Source: Batkoa obscura
Lineage: Eukaryota
DNA: 29,406 bases
Direction of reading: 5' to 3'
Assembly (NCBI GenBank): GCA_030770535.1
Contig: JASVEC010000011.1
Location: 1,364,001 to 1,393,406, forward strand
Under the pieces are notes generated by a model. It had not been told where the DNA came from and did no database searches. It saw only the letters and a list, made by a program, of their open reading frames with translations. Shown here piece by piece: positions 21,971-29,406 of the stretch. Each line of letters opens with the position of its first letter. The stretch's first letter is position 1. The position numbers and the translations under genes were made by a program.

Positions 21971-24564
21971 TCAACTAGAATCCACTGCCAAATATCTCAA
22001 CCTATACATCTTCAATGTTTTCAAATACTTATTATTGATAGTTGAATAAGTTTCTTCATTTTCCGAATAAAAAGCTAAAAATGTAATTAAAATCTAAACT
22101 ATAAATCAGATAGCAAGAACTTACACAATAAAATAGGGTAACTTGAAATAAGGGCGATGGTAGTGGGGTTGGGTAATTGGAGGATAGAGCCAAGTAATTT
22201 CTTTACAGTTTGCGGTTTAAAATAATAAATTTTAGCTAAGCTCAAATGAGCAGCACATTGTAATGATTGATTTTGTATCATTTTCATTAGTTGGATGGAA
22301 TAATTTAAATAGTTCCTAATAAAATTGTCTAAGTATATGCTATATTTATATTTCACATAGTCTTACTTTTGTGTAATTTCATCTTCATTAACTATACCTT
22401 TAAAGTAATATAATTTGGACTCAATTATATTAGATTTAATATATTCACTAGACTCGATTTTATCAATGAAATATTCAACCTAAAAAAATTCATTAATACT
22501 GCTAATTTTAATAACTAAAACTGCTTACCTTTAGTTTAGCTTGTTTATTTTGATCTAATTGCATACTAATGAGATTAAGATAGATCGATATTTTGAAGTT
22601 TTCTTCTTTTATAATCTAAAATTGATTGTCAGTATTGATATATTTAGCTTATGTATAGCATATACCTCTAATAAGCACTCGTAATACTTTTTGGCTTTAT
22701 CAAAATTAGCTAGCGACTGATAGTATAAAGCCAAAAGATAAATAAAATAATTTAAATAGTCATCCTCAATCGATTTCTTTTTAATCAGTAAAATACTATT
22801 TAAGCAAATCTAGAGGGAGATAACAATAAATTATCAATTATATTAATAATGTTATATGTTACTTTTTTTGCCAATTGAAAATTTTCACTTAAGATGAGAT
22901 GCTCTGTATAATACAGATTCAAATTTAACATTGATTTTAAATTCCATAATTTATTATCAATGTCTAAATTAATTTTATCAGTTTACTTTATAATATGAAT
23001 TATTATACATACCTTGACTTAGATTTTCATTTGCGTTATTATTGGTACTCACTTTAATTATGTTAATTAATTTTGATTATATATTATTTAACTACGCTTA
23101 CTTCTTAATAGATTAAATCCATTATTAAACTGTTCCGTAATTGTGCTATTACTCACTCCTTTAACACAGAATAGATTTAATAATTGGTGCATAGATTTGA
23201 TTTGTTGTTGACTTAGCCAATTGACTTTAATCTTTTTACTTATGCTTTCTTCATTTGATTTGTAATCAAGCTATATGGCATATTGTTATTATACACTATT
23301 ATAAAATATATATGATTTACATTAAAATCAAAATCAAAATCAAAATCACATGAATCAATTTGACCCAATACTTGACTTGAACCATTTAAATCTCCAGAAT
23401 AAATCAAAGCAATGGCATTAAACGTTTTTAATAATACGTTTTGTTGCTGTTGGTTATCGCTGTTAGCATTGTTGTCATTGAACTCGTTAATTAAGTTTAA
23501 CGCCAATTTAATGGACTTGAATTTCAAACGGAATTCTATTAATTTAAGGCAAAGCAAATCCTAAATTAAACAACAATGTAAACGTTAAAATACTAATCAA
23601 TAAATAGAACTTACGCTCACTCCAATATCCTTTTCTCTTTTAGCATGTTCCATTAATTCTTCAATAAAATTAAGAAATTGGTTTTTATATTCGATTTTAA
23701 TAAAAACATTCAACAATAGCACTCCAATATTATACACCCATTCTTTATAACCTAACCTAAAATAAAAACAATTAATTTCATTTCATCTTTTACGTCCAAA
23801 AAACTTAAAAACCTACTGTAAAGCCAGATAATAGCTATCCTTAAGCTCTGAAACTGTCAAATGATATTTTTTAAAATGGTAATGTAAGTTGGCTATTTTG
23901 ATTCGAATTTGAAATTGTAAACTTCTATTTACTGTAGGCTATAAAAAATTTAATCCATGAACTTAAACTCTTAATAAAAACTTACTTTCAAAGCAATCTG
24001 CAACTAATTATTTAAAAAAAATAAGATTTAACATAATAAATATGGAAATAAAAACCTACTGCTTTCGTCAAAACCGCCTGTGCACGAAACTTGTTATCTG
24101 TAAATTTTATCAACATTTGCGCCAACTGTACTCGATAATGGATTCCAAGTTTAAGAACATCAACTCCAGATTCTAGAACCTTGGTATATGATCCCATTAA
24201 TTCTTCAATCAATTGAATGATTCCTTCCAAACATTTTATCTTACTAACCACTAAACTTTGTTTTTTTTGTACAATCTCTAAAGTGTTGGTAAAGTTATCA
24301 ATAGATTTCATTTCATTGGTGTAAGAATGAATGAGCTGCTCGAGCACTTTTAATAGCTTAAGGTCCCGATTGAGTTTTGTTTGATAAGCTGATTCTTGGT
24401 TGGGATTCACTTTTTCAAGCTTGATACGATGGCTTAAATTGATCTTTTTTTGTGGATAGATATGGAGCTCTTTGGATGGCTCTCGTTTCTTTTCTGTAAA
24501 TTATGGACTGAGTTTTTTGGCTTATGTTGTTAGTGTAGCGTTTACCTGAGTTGGATTCATTCAT
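21971..24564 (-). CDS. MAU2: Cohesin loader subunit MAU2/Scc4/Ssl3-like TPR protein, multi-exon
   Basis: Exon 1 (24564-24546) splices in phase to 24493-24060 (MNESNSEKKREP...YRVQLAQMLIKFTDNKFRAQAVLTKA, resembling the MAU2 N-terminal LQLG..L...T.N...A..HLEKA motif). Later exons give VNWLSQQQI, LYYQSLANFDKAKKYY and LQCAAHLSLAKIYY. There are many ~50-nt GT-AG introns, and the last exon 22074-21971 ends in TGA. Internal junctions are not all resolved. Confidence 0.7.
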
Positions 24565-24789
24565 TTTTAAAAAAAGCTGAACTTAAATTTTGATTAAAAT
24601 CAAATTTATTAAAAATAAAATAGCTCAAATTTGATCTTATTGGCTACCCATTTCATCCCTAACAAAATGAATAAAAGTCATTATAAATTTATGAAGTTAA
24701 AAATCATAACTAAAAATTTAAAATTTAAAAAATATTTATTTAGAAAAATTTTAAATGCTCATATAATGCAAATGTTTTTCAACCAAAAA

Positions 24790-26639
24790 CTATTCAAACT
24801 TTATACCTTGAGCAAGTGGTAATTGGCCTGAATAATTTATAGTACAGGTGGTACGCTTCATGTATTGTTTCCAAGAATCAGAACCAGATTCGCGGCCTCC
24901 TCCAGTTTCTTTTTCACCTCCAAAAGCACCTCCAATTTCAGCTCCATTAGTAGGTATATTTACATTAACAATACCACAATCTGAACCACATGCTCCAGTC
25001 CATTGGAATATGTTTGATGGGTTGCTGGTAAATAAACTAGAACTGAGTCCTTGTTTGACACTGTTATTAAGTTCAATAGCCTCAGTAAGAGTCTATTTGA
25101 AATATTAATATTAATTTAAAGCTAATTAATCTCAATTTACCTTGAATTTAAATGTATGTAAAATTGGTGCAAAAATTTCATGTTGAACTACTTCAGCAGA
25201 GTGATCAATTGAAGTTATAGTAGGGGTAACAAAGTATCCCTTATCTTCGGATATGACATCTCCTCCATATAATATTTTGCCGCCCTAATAATTGAACAAT
25301 TATTCTGAGTTTACCAATACTAAATTTCAAATTACCTGTTCTTTAATTTGTTCAATACCTTTCTTAAAGTTGTTTAAAGATACTTTAGAATGAAGAGGAC
25401 CACATAATACACCATCTATAAATTATAAATTATAAATTATAAATTATAAACTGAATGATAATAAATAAAATTACCTTCAAGTGGGTTTCCAATTTTAACT
25501 TGCTTATATGCAGCAATTAGTTTTTCAATAAATGAATCGTAGATTGATTCATGTAAGAATAGTCTTCTTGTAGTGGTACAACGTTGCCCACAAGTACCAA
25601 CAGCAGCAAATAAAACAGAACGTACGGCCAAATCCATATCAGCATCCTCCATAACGATAATAGCATTATTACCTCCCAACTCAAGGATAAGCTTACCAAA
25701 TCTGTTTTGTACAACTTGGGCTACTTGACGACCAACAGCAGTACTTCCAGTAAATGAAACTAACTTAACCCTTTCATCTTCAGTAAGTGCTTTACCAACA
25801 TCAACATCACCTAAACATAATGAACAGAGGGCACCTGAAATACCATTGCTTTCAAGTACTTTAGCAACAATTTTAGTTACTGCAACGGAAGTTAAATTGG
25901 TAGTAGGAGATCCCTTCCATACAACAGAGTTACCACATACCAAAGCTAAGGCAGCATTCCACCCATAAACAGCGACTGGAAAATTGAAAGCTGAAATGAC
26001 ACCAATAACACCTAATGGATGCCATTGTTCCATCATAAAATGACCAGGACCTAAGTTTATTAATATAATATAACTTATAACATTGATTGAACTTACGTTC
26101 TGATGGTACGACTTTTCCATTAATCATACGAGAAAGACCAACGGCATAATCGGCAATATCTACATATTCTTGTACTTCTCCGATACCTTCGGCTACAATT
26201 TTACCCATTTCTAAAGCTACTAATTTGCCTAAAGGTTCAAGCTTGTCATTTAAAGCATTACGAATTTGACGCACAATTTCTCCTCGACGTGGTGCTGGGG
26301 TCTACAATCAAAGATAAATTATTTGTTTCTATTAGTCTATTTTTAACTTACTTCTCTCCATGATAAATAAGCTTCATGTGCTTTTGTAATAGCAGTATTA
26401 AGCTCTTCAATGGTACCCTAGAAATATAAATATTTAGAAAACACTCTTACAAAAACTCGCTAAAAACTCACAGTTCTAACTTTTCCCAAAGATTCTCCGG
26501 TAGCTGGATTAAATGATTCAGTAACAGGACCATTACCAGCCCATTCCCCATGATATACACCTGGATTTACTTTATCAAAGCTTAAATCCAAGTCATTCAA
26601 GATACTCTTAGTATCAATATTTTCTACTAAAGAACCCAT
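24790..26639 (-). CDS. ALDH7A1: Aldehyde dehydrogenase family 7 (antiquitin / alpha-aminoadipic semialdehyde dehydrogenase), 7 exons
   Basis: Exons 26639-26472, 26417-26352, 26301-26097, 26050-25475, 25415-25336, 25284-25141 and 25092-24790 are all GT-AG and in phase. Motifs include [51 protein letters not shown] (catalytic Glu), GQRCTT (catalytic Cys), [15 protein letters not shown] and [10 protein letters not shown]. Confidence 0.95.
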
Positions 26640-26711
26640 TTTAATAATTGATTATAATATTATGACAAATAATACAAATTTAAAAGTTTAAATAAATTTC
26701 AATTTAAACCC

Positions 26712-26719
26712 TTTATATA
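26712..26719 (-). promoter_or_regulatory. Candidate TATA box of ALDH7
   Basis: The minus strand reads GGGTATATAAAGGG, ~73 bp upstream of ATG 26639, with G-rich flanks that stand out from the background. Confidence 0.45.
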
Positions 26720-27778
26720 CCCTTCTTTCTAAGCTTTTTCCTTATATCATCAGGCCATTCCCTTACTTAGCTTAGTGACGTTTAACCACTCCTCAATTAA
26801 TCCGAGGTAGTAACATAAAAAATGTAACAAATCATTACTAAACTTTAGAACCTTTACGATCAGCTGCTTAACTTTACGAACATAAAAATTTGAAACTTAA
26901 CTAAGGAGCTAGCCACTCCCCTCCAATGCCCTAACAATCCTAGCTCTATGCGCTTAATTTGTCTTCTAAGGGGCGTGAGAATAAACTGATGTTGTTTTCG
27001 ATAAACCAATCAAATCTTGCTTCCTTTTAGAAAATTACCTTTAATTGAAGAATTATGATCAGTTGATTAATTCGAAAATTATCTAAATGAAAACACAGTT
27101 TTAAAACTTGACCAATTCGACAAGGTTATTAAATGCTCTTGTTTTTGACACATTTTGTAAAAAAGAGTGATGTCACAAAAAGAAGTTTTTATGGTATATT
27201 AAAAAGAATAAAAATTAATTAGTTTGTTTTTATGTTACACAAAGTGAAAGGCTATAAATAAAATCTAACTATTAAACGTATTGATTTTTATTTTATCTAA
27301 AAATCTTTATGATAATTATTTAACCTTCAAAATTTAAATTAATAGTAAAAGAAGCTCAATTGGATCAGAATATTTGTTCAATTAGACTGAATTAGACAAG
27401 TATTACTTGTCATGATCTTACTTTGGAATAAAATCAGAACAAGCCATACTCATCATTAATATCTAGAAAGCTAATAACTTTTTATTTTCATATTTATAGT
27501 ATAAATAAACGCTTTGATTTGAGTAAAATAAAATTTCGATTGTTAATATTTATATGATAATACTATAAACTCAATAAGTAAACGCTTATTATTGGCATTT
27601 TTATTAAAAAGTAAAATTTAAAAAAATTTATTATGAGAATTCAGTAATTGACTTAGATTACTTATAGCAATTGAAATCAAGTGCCTGCAGTTCCAGTTTC
27701 AAATTTAATAAATAAATCATATTTTTTAGGTTAATTGGCGTTTGATTTTTATTAGCAAATTAATTAAAAAGTTGTTAT

Positions 27779-27932
27779 TATTTTATTTTATTTTATTTTA
27801 TTTTTACTTTTATTTTTATTTTTATTTTTATTTTTATTTTTACTTTTATTTTTACTTTTATTTTTATTTTTACTTTTATTTTTATTTTTACTTTTATTTT
27901 TATTTTTATTTTTATTTTTATTTTTATTTTTA
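27779..27932 (+). repeat. Subtelomeric microsatellite: (TTTTA)n followed by (TTTTTA/CTTTTA)n
   Basis: A directly visible ~150-bp tract of period 5 and then period 6, embedded in a nearly pure-AT segment (~27700-28170). Confidence 0.95.
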
Positions 27933-28658
27933 TAATAAAATATAATTTAATAAAATTAAGTTAATAATAATATTTAAAAAAAGATTAAATTTCTATAATA
28001 TTAATATTAAAGCTGTTATTATTAATATAATATTATTTATTTTTATTATATAAAAATATTAATATTTTTAATTTAAAACTTTTATGTTTATTTTAAATTA
28101 AACTATCTATTATTAGCTTATTTAAATAGACATATTTATTATAACATTATAATATAAACTTATTATAAATACAAAAGTCATTATTGTGAAAGTTGGCACT
28201 CGGTGATTGAGGTTAAAAGCAATTCTAGCTTAATTAACTGGCCATAAGTCGAAATTTTTTAGTTTATATAACTAAGATAGACTTAAATAAATAAGAATAA
28301 TACGTAATAAGTTACGAACTATGTAAAACAAATGGAATAGACAGTACTACTGTAAAATCTACGTAAAATGTTGTCAGAAAGACTTAGTGGCTTTATTAAT
28401 AGTACGGTATCAGGGAGTAATTCAGTTAAAAAGCTTCGAGTTATCATATTGAAGAATCTCTTTTATACCCTAACAAGTATGGATATCAAAACGAGAGGAT
28501 AATATTGTTTGCAATGTGAAGTTATAAATTCTCGCAGCAAATCAAAATAAGGGACTCTGGCTTGATTGTGTTTGAACTTGAGAACACAGCAACTTAAGCG
28601 ATTGTTGTGCTATAATCAATCCGAGAGCTGATAAAGCAATATTTTACAAGGGATATTT

Positions 28659-29406
28659 TTAGGGTTAGGGTTAGGGTTAGGGTTAGGGTTAGGGTTAGGG
28701 TTAGGGTTAGGGTTAGGGTTAGGGTTAGGGTTAGGGTTAGGGTTAGGGTTAGGGTTAGGGTTAGGGTTAGGGTTAGGGTTAGGGTTAGGGTTAGGGTTAG
28801 GGTTAGGGTTAGGGTTAGGGTTAGGGTTAGGGTTAGGGTTAGGGTTAGGGTTAGGGTTAGGGTTAGGGTTAGGGTTAGGGTTAGGGTTAGGGTTAGGGTT
28901 AGGGTTAGGGTTAGGGTTAGGGTTAGGGTTAGGGTTAGGGTTAGGGTTAGGGTTAGGGTTAGGGTTAGGGTTAGGGTTAGGGTTAGGGTTAGGGTTAGGG
29001 TTAGGGTTAGGGTTAGGGTTAGGGTTAGGGTTAGGGTTAGGGTTAGGGTTAGGGTTAGGGTTAGGGTTAGGGTTAGGGTTAGGGTTAGGGTTAGGGTTAG
29101 GGTTAGGGTTAGGGTTAGGGTTAGGGTTAGGGTTAGGGTTAGGGTTAGGGTTAGGGTTAGGGTTAGGGTTAGGGTTAGGGTTAGGGTTAGGGTTAGGGTT
29201 AGGGTTAGGGTTAGGGTTAGGGTTAGGGTTAGGGTTAGGGTTAGGGTTAGGGTTAGGGTTAGGGTTAGGGTTAGGGTTAGGGTTAGGGTTAGGGTTAGGG
29301 TTAGGGTTAGGGTTAGGGTTAGGGTTAGGGTTAGGGTTAGGGTTAGGGTTAGGGTTAGGGTTAGGGTTAGGGTTAGGGTTAGGGTTAGGGTTAGGGTTAG
29401 GTTAGG
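28659..29406 (+). repeat. Telomere, (TTAGGG)n, G-strand running 5'->3' toward the chromosome end
   Basis: 123 perfect TTAGGG units (28659-29396), then TTAGG TTAGG at the sequence end. Confidence 0.99.

Noticed and set aside
25417..25450. (TATAAAT)n heptamer run in an ALDH7 intron, and (AAAATC)4 giving DFDFDFDF in the MAU2-like gene (~23324-23348)
   Set aside because: These are ordinary slippage microsatellites.
27779..27932. Hexamer tract as a C-to-T-decayed interstitial telomere
   Set aside because: Decayed CCCTAA or TTAGGG would give TTTTAA or TTAAAA, not TTTTTA/CTTTTA.
27742..27945. 67-aa FYFYFY ORF
   Set aside because: It is a translation of the TTTTTA microsatellite, has a TTG start, and shows no coding character.
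28466..28474. ACCCTAAC as a telomerase RNA template (a similar CCCTAAC lies near 26929)
   Set aside because: The match is only 7-8 nt, shorter than the usual ~1.5-repeat template, and I see no supporting structure.
29397..29406. Variant TTAGG units at the extreme end
   Set aside because: Most likely a read-end or homopolymer error rather than a real variant repeat.

Overview
This is the right end of a very AT-rich fungal chromosome, finishing in about 750 bp of (TTAGGG)n telomere. Short GT-AG introns, intronless F-box/LRR and Zn2Cys6 paralogs and TTAGGG repeats suggest an early-diverging fungus such as an Entomophthoromycotina/Conidiobolus-like species; that taxonomy is inference only. The first ~19 kb is mirror-symmetric. 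A three-gene cassette (small secreted 8-Cys protein, decayed Kelch-like membrane protein, Zn2Cys6 transcription factor) sits on + at 194-5395 and again inverted on - at 14661-18895. Between the two cassettes lie an ENA-type Na+/K+ P-type ATPase and two tandem F-box genes. The inner paralogs are clearly diverged, but the outer >=477 bp (promoter, secreted-protein gene and 3' end) form an apparently perfect inverted repeat (1-477 / 18612-19088), so the ~18 kb between them could be invertible. Distal to this are a third Kelch-like pseudogene, an intron-rich MAU2/Scc4-like cohesin loader gene, a 7-exon ALDH7 gene, a (TTTTTA)n microsatellite and the telomere. Three copies of a ~105-bp MITE-like element are also present, one with a visible empty site in a paralog.
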